Assembly (NCBI GenBank): GCA_027451805.1
Contig: DAIDIF010000023.1
Span: forward strand, 268 to 64,267
DNA from: Acidobacteriota bacterium
GTDB lineage: Bacteria > Acidobacteriota > Terriglobia > Terriglobales > SCQP01
Length of the DNA stretch: 64,000 bases
Reading direction: 5' to 3'
The position numbers and the translations under genes are program-made. The notes beneath the pieces are model-generated. The model was not told the DNA's origin, did not search any database, and saw nothing but the letters and a program-made list of their open reading frames with translations. This document shows positions 21,526 through 31,306 of this stretch, piece by piece (the stretch's first letter is position 1; every line of letters begins with the position of its first letter).

Positions 21526-22440
21526 TCATGCCCCCGCTTCGGCGCCGTGCCGGCGCGCGCGCAGCGTCCGGCGCAGAAACGTCAGGAACTGCCCGGCGAG
21601 CCCGGACGGCGCCGGCCCCTGCGGGTACAGCGTATAGAGTTGCCGCCGCAGCTCCAGGCCGCGCACCTCCACCGCCAGCAACGTGCCCAGCCGGAGTTCT
21701 TTCTCCGCCGCCCAGCGCGAGACCACCGCCAGCCCGATGCCCAACTCCACCGCGGTCTTCACGGCTTCCGTGCTGCCCAGCTCCATGGCCACTTGCGGCC
21801 TGCGCCCCGGCGCGGCGGCGCGCAGCGCGGCTTCCAGCGTTTCGCGCGTACCGGAGCCTGGCTCCCGCATCACCAGCGGCAAGCTCAACAGGTCCGCCAC
21901 CGAAAACGGCTGCCGCAGCGCGGCAAAACGCCGGCCGCGCACCACCACCAGCGCGTCGTGCATCAGCGGTTGCACCTTCAGCCCGGGCAGCGCACAGGGC
22001 CCCTCGATGAAGCCCAGCGGCGCCGACTGCTCGCGCACCCACTGCGCCACCTGCCGGGTGTTGCCGCTTTCCAGCACCAGGCGCACCTTCGGCCGCTCGC
22101 TCTGGAACTCAGCCAGCACCGCCGGCAAGAGATAGCTGGCCACGGTCGAGCTGGCCGCCAGGCGCAATTCCCCGGTCGCCAGCGGCGGCGCCATCAGCTC
22201 GGCCTCCACTTCCTCGTAGAGCTGCAGGATCCGCCGCGCCTGCGTATAGAGGCGCTGGCCCGCCGCCGTGAGGCGCGCGCCGCGCGGCGTGCGATCCAGC
22301 AAACGCTGTCCGTACTCCTCCTCCAGCGCCCGGATCTGCAAACTGACCGCCGGCTGGGTGAGGCCCAACTCCGCGGCCGCGCGGGAAAAGCTCCCTTCGC
22401 GCGCCACGATGTAAAACGCGCGCAGCCGGTAGTCGCCCAT
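21526..22440 (-). CDS. LysR family transcriptional regulator
   Basis: N-terminal HTH LRAFYIVAREGSFSRAAAELGLTQPAVSLQIRALEEEYGQRLLDR and a typical LysR substrate-binding domain length. Confidence 0.9.
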   Translation of the reverse strand: MGDYRLRAFYIVAREGSFSRAAAELGLTQPAVSLQIRALEEEYGQRLLDRTPRGARLTAAGQRLYTQARRILQLYEEVEAELMAPPLATGELRLAASSTVASYLLPAVLAEFQSERPKVRLVLESGNTRQVAQWVREQSAPLGFIEGPCALPGLKVQPLMHDALVVVRGRRFAALRQPFSVADLLSLPLVMREPGSGTRETLEAALRAAAPGRRPQVAMELGSTEAVKTAVELGIGLAVVSRWAAEKELRLGTLLAVEVRGLELRRQLYTLYPQGPAPSGLAGQFLTFLRRTLRARRHGAEAGA

Positions 22441-22477
22441 GGCCGGGACGGCCTAGCGCGGGGCCACCCGCCCCGAA

Positions 22478-23302
22478 CTAGTGCGATTGGAACAGATACA
22501 GGGAGAAGAAAAGAAAGACCCAGACAATGTCGACGAAGTGCCAGTAGTACTCGGCGGCCTTCAGCGACATGTGGTACTGCTGGTTGTACTCGCCCTTCTC
22601 CATGCGCCAGTACACCAGCGCCAGCATGAGCAAACCGACGGTGACGTGGGCGCCGTGGAAGCCGGTCATGAGGAAGTAGGCGGAACTGTAGGCGCCGGTG
22701 GTCAGGGTGAAGCCGAGGACGCCATTGAGGAAGCCCCACTCGAAGCCCTGCATGCCGAGGAAGGTGATGCCCATCGCGATGGTGAGCAACATCCAGTTCT
22801 TGGCGGCGGTCTTCTTGCCGTGCAGCAGCGCGTGCACCGCCCAATTCAGGGTGAAGCTGGAGCCAACCAGGATCAGGGTCGCGATCGCCGGCAGCGTGGT
22901 CTCCAGCGTGGGCATGCCGGCGGGCGGCCAGTGCGCGCTGGTGAAGCGGCTGTAGTAGAGGTACTCGAAGTAGGAGACGAAGATCATCCCCTCGGAGGCG
23001 AGGAAGAAGAAAAAGCCGCGGGTCAGGTCCTTGTTGGTCTGGACCTGGTCCATGTGGCGGCGCTCCACGGCGATGGTATTGGCCCAGCCGGAGGCGGCAA
23101 CCAGGGTGTAGAGGACGGCGGCGGCGAGCAGCACGCCGGCCAGCGGCACGCCCAGGTAGACCAGAAACACCAGGAAGACCACGGCGCCCATGCCGCCGGC
23201 GAGCAGGATGGGCCAGAAGCTGGGCGCGGGCGTGTGCGCGCTGGGATCGGCGTGCATGCCGGCGTGTGCGGCGGCGGGCGAAGCGAGGCTGGCGTGTTCC
23301 AT
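22478..23302 (-). CDS. coxC: Haem-copper oxidase subunit III
   Basis: Seven-TM protein ending ..GFHGAHVTVGLLML..YWHFVDIVWVFLFFSLY, the canonical subunit III signature. Confidence 0.9.
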   Translation of the reverse strand: MEHASLASPAAAHAGMHADPSAHTPAPSFWPILLAGGMGAVVFLVFLVYLGVPLAGVLLAAAVLYTLVAASGWANTIAVERRHMDQVQTNKDLTRGFFFFLASEGMIFVSYFEYLYYSRFTSAHWPPAGMPTLETTLPAIATLILVGSSFTLNWAVHALLHGKKTAAKNWMLLTIAMGITFLGMQGFEWGFLNGVLGFTLTTGAYSSAYFLMTGFHGAHVTVGLLMLALVYWRMEKGEYNQQYHMSLKAAEYYWHFVDIVWVFLFFSLYLFQSH

Positions 23303-23482
23303 CTACTTGATCCAGTGCGGAAAGGCGAACTTGGTGTCCTCGGGATAGATCCAGCCGCGGCGCGCGGCCCAAGGCGTCCAGAGGGCGCAGGCAAGCGCCA
23401 GGAACGCCAGCAGCCAGCCGAGGCGGCGGTTGCGGCGGCGGATCCCGGGCGAAAGCTGCTTCAACTGTGCCGTGCGGTCCAT
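23303..23482 (-). CDS. Unannotated 59-aa single-TM ORF inside the oxidase operon
   Basis: Below the 60-aa cut-off of the track. My translation is MDRTAQLKQLSPGIRRRNRRLGWLLAFLALACALWTPWAARRGWIYPEDTKFAFPHWIK. Its ATG lies 5 nt after the ctaG stop, and its TAG directly abuts the coxC ATG. Codons are GC3-rich like the neighbours. Confidence 0.55.
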   Translation of the reverse strand: MDRTAQLKQLSPGIRRRNRRLGWLLAFLALACALWTPWAARRGWIYPEDTKFAFPHWIK

Positions 23483-23486
23483 GGGG

Positions 23487-24050
23487 CTATTGTCCTCCGG
23501 CGCCGAAGGCGGGGGGCGCGCCCGGGGCCAGCGGCTCGAGGGTGTACATGACGCTGACGCGCTTGATCCGCGGGTCGAGGCCCTGGTTGAGCTGATAGAT
23601 GACCGGCAGGGTCTTGGTCTCGTGCGGCTTCATGGTCTGATCGCTGAAGCAGAAGCACTGAATCAGGGCCAGGTGGGTGGCGGCGTCGGCGGGATAGATG
23701 TCGTGGATGGCGCGAAAGCGCACGGTGTGGTCGCTGGTGTTGGTAAAGGTGAAGTTGTTCTGGCTGCGCTGGTCGAGGTGCACGGTTTGCAGCATGTCGC
23801 CGGGCTGCAGCGTCACCGCCAAGCCGGGGGCGGTGATGGTGCTGAAGCTGATGTTGATGGCGCGATGCAGGTCCACCGGGCCGGTGGAGGCGGCCAGCTT
23901 CTCGTCCGGCGGCACGTAGAGCCCGTAATGGGCGCAGAAGACGCGGAACAGGGGCACGTTGATGAAGGCGAAGCCCACCATGCCCAGCGCGATGAGCAAC
24001 AGCTTCCAGCCGTGGCGCTTGCGGCGTTCAAACCCTGGAACGATTGCCAT
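23487..24050 (-). CDS. ctaG: Cytochrome c oxidase assembly protein CtaG/Cox11 (CuB insertion)
   Basis: N-terminal TM then VPLFRVFCAHYGL (Cox11 CFCF-type region ..LIQCFCFSDQ..). Confidence 0.85.
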   Translation of the reverse strand: MAIVPGFERRKRHGWKLLLIALGMVGFAFINVPLFRVFCAHYGLYVPPDEKLAASTGPVDLHRAINISFSTITAPGLAVTLQPGDMLQTVHLDQRSQNNFTFTNTSDHTVRFRAIHDIYPADAATHLALIQCFCFSDQTMKPHETKTLPVIYQLNQGLDPRIKRVSVMYTLEPLAPGAPPAFGAGGQ

Positions 24051-24057
24051 GATGCTG

Positions 24058-25653
24058 CTAGTCGACCTCCGGAATCTCGGCGAAGTTGTAGGCGGGCGGC
24101 GGGCTCGAGGTGGCCCACTCCAGATGCAGCTCGATGTCGTTGGCCTGCCAGGGATCGTCCCCCGCCGTCTTGGGCTCCCGCAGCGCCTTGATGATGCTGT
24201 AGGTGAACAGGATGCCGGCGAGGAGCATGAAGATGAAGCCCTCGGAGATGAACTGGTTGAGCGGGCGGAATTCGATGCGGTAGTTGGCGACGCGCCGCGC
24301 CATGCCCTCGATGCCGAGCAGGTGCATGGGCATGAAGACCCAGTTCATGCCGATGAAGAAGAGCCAGAACACCCAGCTGCCGAGCTTTTCGCTGAGCATG
24401 CGGCCCGTAATCTTGGGAAACCAGTAGTAGGTGCCGGCGAACAGCGTCATCACCGAGCCGCCGACCAGCACATAGTGGAAGTGGGCGACGACGAAGTAGG
24501 TGTTGTGCACCAGGATGTCGAAGGGCACGACCGCGAGCATGAGGCCGCTGAGGCCGCCGAGCACGAAGGTGAAGATGAAACCCAGGGCAAACTTCATGGC
24601 GGTGGTGAAGCGGATCACGCCGCCCCACACCGAGGCCAGCCAGGAGTAGATCTTCACGCCAGTCGGCACCGAGATGAACATGCTGGCCATCGAGAAGAAG
24701 ACGCGCGCGCTGGCGGAGATGCCGGCGGTGAACATGTGGTGCGCCCAGACCATGAAGCCGATGACGCCGATCGACCAGATCGCCATCACCATGCCCTTAT
24801 AGCCGAACAGCTTCTTGCGGGCCATGGAGGGGATGATGTGGGAGATCATGCCGAAACCCGGCAGGATCATGATGTAGACCTCGGGATGGCCGAAGAACCA
24901 GAACAGGTGCTGGTAGAGAAGCGGGTCACCGCCGAGCGCGGGGCGATAAAAGCCGGTGTTGAGCCAGCGGTCGCTGAGGAGCATGAAGAGCGCGCCGGAG
25001 AGGACGGGCACGGCGAGCACCAGCATCCAGGCGGTGACCACCCAGCTCCAGACGAACAAAGGCAGCTTCATCCAGTTCATGCCCGGGGCGCGCATGTCAA
25101 TCACGGTGACCAGGAAGTTGATGGCGCCCATGATCGAGCTGATGCCGAGCAGGATGACAGCCAGGATCCAGAGGTCCTCGCCATGGCCGGCGGAGAACTG
25201 GGCGGTGCTCAGCGGCGGGTAGCTCCACCAGCCGTCGGCGGCGGCGCCGCCCACCACGAAGAAGCTGCCGTAGAGCATCATCGCGGCGGGGATGAGCAGC
25301 CAGAAGGCGAAGGCGTTGAGCTTGGGGAACGCCATGTCGCGGGCCCCGATCATCAGCGGCACCAGGTAGTTGCCGAAGCCCGCGAACGCCGTCATCAGGG
25401 TCAGGAAGATCATGATGGTGGCGTGCATCGTCATGAGCTGGTTGTACAGCGCGGGCGAGACGATGTGCCAGTCTGGGTTATAGAGGTTGAGCCGGATCAG
25501 GCCGGCGAGGGAACCGCCCAGCCAGCCGTTGATCAGGGCAAAAACGATGTACATGATACCGATCTTCTTGTGATCGGTGGTGGTGATCCAGTCGAGGACG
25601 CCGTGGTACTGGCGGGGCTGGGTCACCCCGGCGGTGGCTACGTGGGTGCTCAT
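24058..25653 (-). CDS. coxA: Haem-copper oxidase subunit I
   Basis: 531 aa with [15 protein letters not shown] and VAHFHYV signatures. Confidence 0.95.
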   Translation of the reverse strand: MSTHVATAGVTQPRQYHGVLDWITTTDHKKIGIMYIVFALINGWLGGSLAGLIRLNLYNPDWHIVSPALYNQLMTMHATIMIFLTLMTAFAGFGNYLVPLMIGARDMAFPKLNAFAFWLLIPAAMMLYGSFFVVGGAAADGWWSYPPLSTAQFSAGHGEDLWILAVILLGISSIMGAINFLVTVIDMRAPGMNWMKLPLFVWSWVVTAWMLVLAVPVLSGALFMLLSDRWLNTGFYRPALGGDPLLYQHLFWFFGHPEVYIMILPGFGMISHIIPSMARKKLFGYKGMVMAIWSIGVIGFMVWAHHMFTAGISASARVFFSMASMFISVPTGVKIYSWLASVWGGVIRFTTAMKFALGFIFTFVLGGLSGLMLAVVPFDILVHNTYFVVAHFHYVLVGGSVMTLFAGTYYWFPKITGRMLSEKLGSWVFWLFFIGMNWVFMPMHLLGIEGMARRVANYRIEFRPLNQFISEGFIFMLLAGILFTYSIIKALREPKTAGDDPWQANDIELHLEWATSSPPPAYNFAEIPEVD

Positions 25654-26459
25654 GCTTTTCCTCGCGCCTTGCGGGCGGCCGTCGGCGCCACGGGTAAAGC
25701 GGCGGGCGGGGCGGCGGGTAGGGAGGCCGACTGCGTACGGTGTTTCGCCAGCCAGGCCTGGAACTGGTCGTTCGGCACCACCTGCACGTCAATCAGCATC
25801 TGCGCGTGGTTGACGCCGCACAATTGCGTGCACTGGCCCTTGTAGTAACCGGGCTTGGCCTTAAACCAAAGGTTGGTGATGCGGCCGGGCAGGGCGTCCA
25901 TCTGAATGCCCAGGCCGGGGACGTAGAAACCGTGGATCACGTCCACGCTGGTGAGATCGAGATCCACCACCGCGTTGGCGGGAACCACCAGGGTGTCGTT
26001 GGAGATATCAATGCCGTACTGCGGGTATTTGTATTCCCAGAAGAACTGGTGGCCAACCACGTCAATGGTGAGCGCGGGATTATTGCCGCCGAATTCCATG
26101 AACGTCAGGGTGGGGTAGGAGTGCAGGGCGACGGTGATGACGACGATCAGGGGAATGATGGTCCACAGGAACTCGAGCGGGTTGTTTTCGTGGAAGGTGG
26201 CGGGCTTGCGGCCGTCGCCCTTGTCGCGGAACTTGATGATGACGTAGGCCAGCAGGATATAAGCGATGAGGATGAAGGGGATGACCCAGACGAAGGCGCG
26301 CAGGCTCGCGGCGGCGGCGCGGATGGCGACGATGCCGCCCGGCTGGCTGAAGGCGTTGCGCACCGGCGCGGCGCTGCCCTTGGCGGCCGCCTGGGCCATG
26401 GCCTGGGCCATGGACGTTCCGGCCTGCTGGGCGTAACTAGACAGCAGCGCCAAACTCAT
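25650..26459 (-). CDS. coxB: Haem-copper oxidase subunit II (CuA), without a fused cytochrome c domain
   Basis: Two TM helices and a cupredoxin domain with DVIHGFYVP and [12 protein letters not shown] CuA ligands. There is no CxxCH motif. Confidence 0.9.
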   Translation of the reverse strand: MSLALLSSYAQQAGTSMAQAMAQAAAKGSAAPVRNAFSQPGGIVAIRAAAASLRAFVWVIPFILIAYILLAYVIIKFRDKGDGRKPATFHENNPLEFLWTIIPLIVVITVALHSYPTLTFMEFGGNNPALTIDVVGHQFFWEYKYPQYGIDISNDTLVVPANAVVDLDLTSVDVIHGFYVPGLGIQMDALPGRITNLWFKAKPGYYKGQCTQLCGVNHAQMLIDVQVVPNDQFQAWLAKHRTQSASLPAAPPAALPVAPTAARKARGKA

Positions 26460-27475
26460 TGCGAACCTCCGTTTGCGGTTCCCTGCCCCGCCGACAGCGC
26501 CTGCACGAGCTGCTGTTCATAGGCGTAGAGGGAGCCGAGTTGGGGGACGGTCAGGGTCCCCTGGCCGGGCATCATATGGCCGGGCAGGCCGTGCAGCACG
26601 ACGTGGGAAAAGCTGGCGAAGTCGCTGGGCGAGGAGAGGATGAGCGGCTGGAGAAAGCTCTGGGCGCGGACCTCGACGTAGGGGTCGGAGTCGACCATCT
26701 CCACCGGGATGCCGCCCTGGCCGAGCAGGCCGTGGCAGGTTTGGCAATGGAGCTGGTAGAGGGCCTTGCCCTGGGCGAGATCGGGCGCCGCCTTACCGGG
26801 CAGCGCGGCGGGCGGGGACGGCGGCGGCACTTGGGCGGCGGCGGCGGCCGCCTCGGAGGCAAAGATCCGCATCGCCACCGCGATCGGAATGCGGGGGCCG
26901 GTGGGCACCGGCTGGAGCGGCGGTAGCGCGGCCGGGGCCTCGGAGGCGGGACTCTCGATCGCTTCCAACTGCGCTGGGGTGTTGTGCTGCAGCGCGCTCT
27001 TGGGGATGAAGTTCTGGCGGATGTAGTGGATCACCGCCATGCGTTCCTCGGGTGTGAGCGCCACGAAGCTGGGCATGGAGGTGCCCGGCGAGCCGTTGGT
27101 CACCGTGTGGTACATGGTGAGCACCGAGGTTCCGAAACGGAAGACGCCGGTGTGGTAGTTGCGCGGCGGCGGGTTGAGGCCAGCGGCGCGCGGGCCGTTG
27201 CCGTAGCCGTCGATGCCGTGGCAGGGGGCGCAGTTGGCCACGAACACCTGCTGGCCCTCGGCCAGCAGCTTGGGCGTGGGCTTGAGCAGCGGGCGCAGGT
27301 CCACCACGGTGGCGGCGCCGGGCGGCGGCGGCTTGTGAAAGTCGAACCGGGCCTGAAAGAGCGCCCGGCCGTATTCCCCACCGAAGGCCGAGTAGATCAG
27401 GAAACCGGCCGCCATCACCACCAGAGCGAAGCCGATCAGCGACTTGAGCGAGGGCTGGGCCGGCGGCTGGCTCAC
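26456..27475 (-). CDS. Membrane-anchored dihaem cytochrome c (likely electron link between ACIII and the oxidase)
   Basis: N-terminal TM helix and two CxxCH motifs (CAPCHG, CQTCHG). Overlaps both neighbours by 4 nt. Confidence 0.8.
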   Translation of the reverse strand: MSQPPAQPSLKSLIGFALVVMAAGFLIYSAFGGEYGRALFQARFDFHKPPPPGAATVVDLRPLLKPTPKLLAEGQQVFVANCAPCHGIDGYGNGPRAAGLNPPPRNYHTGVFRFGTSVLTMYHTVTNGSPGTSMPSFVALTPEERMAVIHYIRQNFIPKSALQHNTPAQLEAIESPASEAPAALPPLQPVPTGPRIPIAVAMRIFASEAAAAAAQVPPPSPPAALPGKAAPDLAQGKALYQLHCQTCHGLLGQGGIPVEMVDSDPYVEVRAQSFLQPLILSSPSDFASFSHVVLHGLPGHMMPGQGTLTVPQLGSLYAYEQQLVQALSAGQGTANGGSQ

Positions 27476-28692
27476 AGGTACCTCCCCGCAACCGAATTCA
27501 GAAACTTGGGATCGCCCACCGGCACCATCGGATGGCGGCTGAGGTAGCGGGTCGCGAGCAGCCCGAAGATGCCGAGGAAACCCAGGAAGACGCCGAGCTC
27601 GACCCAGTTCGGCATGTAGAAGCTGGGATGGATGACGGGCATGATCAGCCAGTAGCAGTCAAACCACTCCGCCACCAGGATCAGGCTCGACATGGCGATG
27701 AGCACTTTCTCGTTGGTGCGCACCTTCTGGTTCATCAGGATGGTGAAGGGCAGCACCCACTTGGCGATCAGCAGGGCGAGGAAGAGGTAGCCCCAGCCGT
27801 GGACGATGCGCTGGTGAAAATAGATGGTCTCCTCGCGGTAGTTGGCGTACCAGATCAGCATGTACTGGGCGAAGCCGATGTAGACCATGAAGATGCTGAA
27901 GGCGTGCACGATGCGCGCCAAGTCCACGTAGTGGTAATCCTTCACCGCGCCGCCGAACATGTTGTGGCGGCGTAGCAGCACGGTGAACAGCAGCACCAGC
28001 GCCAAGCTGGCCTGGAGGAGGCCGGCGAAGCCGTAGACGCCCCACATGGTGGTGTCCCAGTGGGGCTCGAGCGACATTACCCAGTCCACGAAACACCAGG
28101 TGAAGCTATAGCCGAAAAAGATCAGAAACCCGGCGGCGACGCGTCCGCGGATGGTGGGCTTCTTGCCGAAGGTGGGGCGGGGCGCCAGCACCGCGGGGTG
28201 GGTGTCCTGATAGGTGGAGTTGCGGAGGAACCAGTAGCCAAACAGGCACCAGACGCCGAGCGCCAGCAGCGTGCGCGCGCTGTAGAAGGGCATGGCGAAG
28301 TAGGCGCGCTTGCCGGCGGTGATGAAGCCGGAGTAGCCGGCGACGGCCCAGGGATAAATGTGGGGGACGCCGAGCAGCAGCACGATGGCGAGCAGGAAGG
28401 CGGCCGGCAAATAGTTGGCGGCGGCTTCGGGCAGGCGGCGGAAGACCACCGTCCAGGTGGCGCTGGTGATGTACTCCAGCGCGACCAGAAAGACGCCGCC
28501 CAGGCCGAGCACCAGGAAGAACAGGTAGTTGGTCAGGAAACTGTACCAGGCGCGCTGGGGGCTGACCGCGAGCGCGATCAGAAACACCATCACGCCGATG
28601 GCGGTGGACGCCATCAGCCAAGTGCGCACGCGGCGGGGGAAGACCGCGGGGCCCGGTTGGGGAATTTCGACGACTTGCTGGTGTGCGTCCAT
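27472..28692 (-). CDS. actF: Alternative Complex III subunit ActF (polytopic membrane subunit)
   Basis: 406-aa multi-TM protein in the canonical position after actE. Assigned by operon order and NrfD-related membrane character. Confidence 0.75.
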   Translation of the reverse strand: MDAHQQVVEIPQPGPAVFPRRVRTWLMASTAIGVMVFLIALAVSPQRAWYSFLTNYLFFLVLGLGGVFLVALEYITSATWTVVFRRLPEAAANYLPAAFLLAIVLLLGVPHIYPWAVAGYSGFITAGKRAYFAMPFYSARTLLALGVWCLFGYWFLRNSTYQDTHPAVLAPRPTFGKKPTIRGRVAAGFLIFFGYSFTWCFVDWVMSLEPHWDTTMWGVYGFAGLLQASLALVLLFTVLLRRHNMFGGAVKDYHYVDLARIVHAFSIFMVYIGFAQYMLIWYANYREETIYFHQRIVHGWGYLFLALLIAKWVLPFTILMNQKVRTNEKVLIAMSSLILVAEWFDCYWLIMPVIHPSFYMPNWVELGVFLGFLGIFGLLATRYLSRHPMVPVGDPKFLNSVAGRYL

Positions 28693-28694
28693 GG

Positions 28695-29378
28695 TTAGTG
28701 AGGAATGGCCTCCGAGCCGGGGATGGGGCCGTTGGGGCCCTCGGCGGGGGGCAGATCGTGGGAGAAGTCCATCCCCGCGCGTTGCGCGCGCGCCATGTCG
28801 GAGGGCGAGGGGTTGGCGGCAAGTTGCAGCACGCGCACGTAATGGATGATGGCCCAGCGCTGCGCCGAGTCGAGTTCGGTCTGGTAGGGAGGCATGTTGC
28901 CCTGGCCCTGGGTGACGATGGTGAAGATGCGTCCGTCGCTGAACTGGAGCGGGGCGCCGGCGATCAGCGGCGGCGGCTGCGTCATCTTGGGCACGATGTA
29001 GCCCAATCCATTGGCGAGCGGGCCATGGCAGACGATGCAGTAGTTGTCAAACAACTGCCGGCCCTTGGCCAGCACCGCGGGCGTGATCGGCAGCGGATCC
29101 ACGATGCTGTCCACGCCGCTGACGTCGGAGGGCTGGGGAAAGGGAGTGTAGTTGACGGGCACGGTGTGCGCGGGCGGCACGCGCATGGCGGGCAGGCTGG
29201 CATCGACGTGGTCGGTGCCCAGGGGACGCACGCTCTGCTGCACGTACATGTCGGGCTGGTACTCGATCTGGGTCGTGGTCGTGGTGCCGGGGCCGGCGCA
29301 GCCGAACAGCAGCAGGCCCAGCGCGGCGGCGACGATCCAGACGAGACAGCCGGGCAGCATCGGGGTGACTTTAGGCAA
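28695..29378 (-). CDS. actE: Alternative Complex III subunit ActE (monohaem lipoprotein cytochrome c)
   Basis: Lipobox LLLFGCAG and a single CIVCHG haem motif. Confidence 0.8.
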   Translation of the reverse strand: MPKVTPMLPGCLVWIVAAALGLLLFGCAGPGTTTTTQIEYQPDMYVQQSVRPLGTDHVDASLPAMRVPPAHTVPVNYTPFPQPSDVSGVDSIVDPLPITPAVLAKGRQLFDNYCIVCHGPLANGLGYIVPKMTQPPPLIAGAPLQFSDGRIFTIVTQGQGNMPPYQTELDSAQRWAIIHYVRVLQLAANPSPSDMARAQRAGMDFSHDLPPAEGPNGPIPGSEAIPH

Positions 29379-29892
29379 GATCGCGCACCTCCACGGCGCC
29401 GAGCTCCTTCAGCATCGCCTGCACGTTGCCGCTCTCGTAGGGGCGGACCGGCACGTAGAGGCCGAAGTGGTCATTGGTGAGCTCCCGATCGAGCGGGACG
29501 AAGTTGGGCGCCGGCCGCAGCCGGGCGGCGATAAACACGGCGGTGAAGGTGGAGATACCGGCGATGAGAATGCCGCTCTCGAACGTGATGGGCATATAGG
29601 CGGGCACCGAGATGAAGGGCTTGCCGGCGATGTTGAGCGGCCAAGCCCAGGCCATGGTCCAGGCTTCGAAGGTGAACCCGAGCGTGGCGCCGACAAAAAA
29701 CATGGTTTTGGTGACGCGCGGCATCCAACTCATCTTGAGGCCGAGCGCCTTGTCCATGCCGTGGACGGCGTAGGGGGTATAGGCGTCCAGCCCGCGGTAG
29801 CCTTTCTCGCGCACCGCCGCGATCGCCCGCAGCAGGTGCTGGGGATCGAGGAACAGGGCCAGCACGGCCGGCGGCCGGTACTTGTCAGACAT
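29371..29892 (-). CDS. actD: Alternative Complex III subunit ActD (DUF3341)
   Basis: 173 aa, beginning ..[24 protein letters not shown].., with two TM helices. Has 8-nt overlaps with actC and actE. Confidence 0.75.
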   Translation of the reverse strand: MSDKYRPPAVLALFLDPQHLLRAIAAVREKGYRGLDAYTPYAVHGMDKALGLKMSWMPRVTKTMFFVGATLGFTFEAWTMAWAWPLNIAGKPFISVPAYMPITFESGILIAGISTFTAVFIAARLRPAPNFVPLDRELTNDHFGLYVPVRPYESGNVQAMLKELGAVEVRDLA

Positions 29893-31306
29893 GGCTCTCC
29901 TCCAGCGGCGCGGCTTCGGCCACCTGATGCTTGAGCACGCTCTTGACCTCCGCGATCGAGATCACCGGGACGAAGCGCGAGAACACCAGGAAAAGGGTGA
30001 AGAACAGGCCCAGCGAACCGACGAAGGTGCCCACGTCATAGATGGTGGGGGCGTAGTAGCGCCAGTTCGAGGGCATATAGTCCTGCGAGAGCGAGCTGAT
30101 GATGATGACGTACCGCTCAAACCACATGCCGATGTTGATGATGATGCTCATGATGAACAGCACCACCAGATTGCGCCGCGCCCGCCGAAACCAGAAGATG
30201 AGCGGTGCGATGCAGTTGCAGAACACCGTCAGCCAACCCGCCCAGGCATAGGGGCCGAAGAAGCGCAGCCAGATGTAGATGTGGGTCTCGAACGGGTTCT
30301 CGCTGTACCAGGCCATGAAGATCTCGACCAGGTAGGCGTAGGAGACCATCATCGAGGTGGCGAGGATGATCTTCGCCATCAGCTCCATGTGGTCAATGGT
30401 GATGTAGTGCTCCAGCGAGAAGGCCTTGCGCATGATCGTGACCACGGTGATCACCATGGCAAAACCGCTGAAGATCGCGCCGGCGACGAAGTAGGGCGGG
30501 AAGATGGTGTCGTGCCAGCCGGGCATGGAGGAGACGGCGAAGTCGCTGGAGACGACGCTGTGCACGGAGAGCACCAGCGGCGTGCAGATGGCGGCGAACA
30601 AGCCGTAGGCGGCCTCGTAATGATGCCAGTCGCGCGCGGTGCCCTTCCAGCGCTGCGCAACCGCCCCGTAGACCTTGCGCGCGAACTTGCCGGGGTGCAT
30701 GTCGCGCACCGTGGCTAGGTCGGGGATCATGCCCAGGTACCAGAACAGCAGCGACGTGGTGGCGTAGGTCGAAACCGCGAACACGTCCCAGATCAGCGGC
30801 GAACGGAAGTTGACCCAGAGGTGGCGGCTATTGGGATAGGGGATGAGCCAGTAGGCGATCAGGGTGCGGCCGATGTGGATCAGCGGGAAAATGCCGGCGC
30901 AGATCACGGCGAAGATGGTCATCGCCTCGGCGGAGCGATTGATGGCGGTGCGCCAGCGCTGGCGGAAGAGATAGAGGATGGCGGAGATGAGGGTGCCGGC
31001 GTGGGCGATACCGACCCAGAACACGAAGTCGGTGATATAGGTGCCCCACATCACCGGCCGTTCCAACCCGAGAATGCCGAGGCCGACGTGGAGCTGGACC
31101 CAGATGACATAGACCCCGATGTTGAGCATCCCCAGCGCCACCAGCAGTCCGCCCCACCACCAGGCGTTGGGGCGGCGGAAGATGGCGGCGGTGAGCTCGC
31201 GGTTGACCTGGGTGAGGTTGATATCGGCGCGGTAGATGGGCGGCTCCTCCGCCACGACGGGGCCCGGGCCGAGCTGCGCCGGATGCAGGTTCACGTCGTC
31301 GCTCAT
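29885..31306 (-). CDS. actC: Alternative Complex III subunit ActC (NrfD/PsrC-like quinol-interacting membrane subunit)
   Basis: 473-aa polytopic NrfD-like protein immediately after actB. Confidence 0.8.
   Translation of the reverse strand: MSDDVNLHPAQLGPGPVVAEEPPIYRADINLTQVNRELTAAIFRRPNAWWWGGLLVALGMLNIGVYVIWVQLHVGLGILGLERPVMWGTYITDFVFWVGIAHAGTLISAILYLFRQRWRTAINRSAEAMTIFAVICAGIFPLIHIGRTLIAYWLIPYPNSRHLWVNFRSPLIWDVFAVSTYATTSLLFWYLGMIPDLATVRDMHPGKFARKVYGAVAQRWKGTARDWHHYEAAYGLFAAICTPLVLSVHSVVSSDFAVSSMPGWHDTIFPPYFVAGAIFSGFAMVITVVTIMRKAFSLEHYITIDHMELMAKIILATSMMVSYAYLVEIFMAWYSENPFETHIYIWLRFFGPYAWAGWLTVFCNCIAPLIFWFRRARRNLVVLFIMSIIINIGMWFERYVIIISSLSQDYMPSNWRYYAPTIYDVGTFVGSLGLFFTLFLVFSRFVPVISIAEVKSVLKHQVAEAAPLEESHV

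Noticed and set aside
23959-25845. Long antisense or multi-gene-spanning ORFs (23959..25845 +, 33151..35007 +, 52693..54819 +, 17594..18952 -, 16380..17597 -, 55614..56519 -, 37136..38338 -)
   Set aside because: Each lies opposite to, or out of frame with, a gene carrying unambiguous family motifs (coxA, actB, VWA/rnhB/rplS, ubiA, tsaD and others). All share the same R/G/A/P/H-rich composition.
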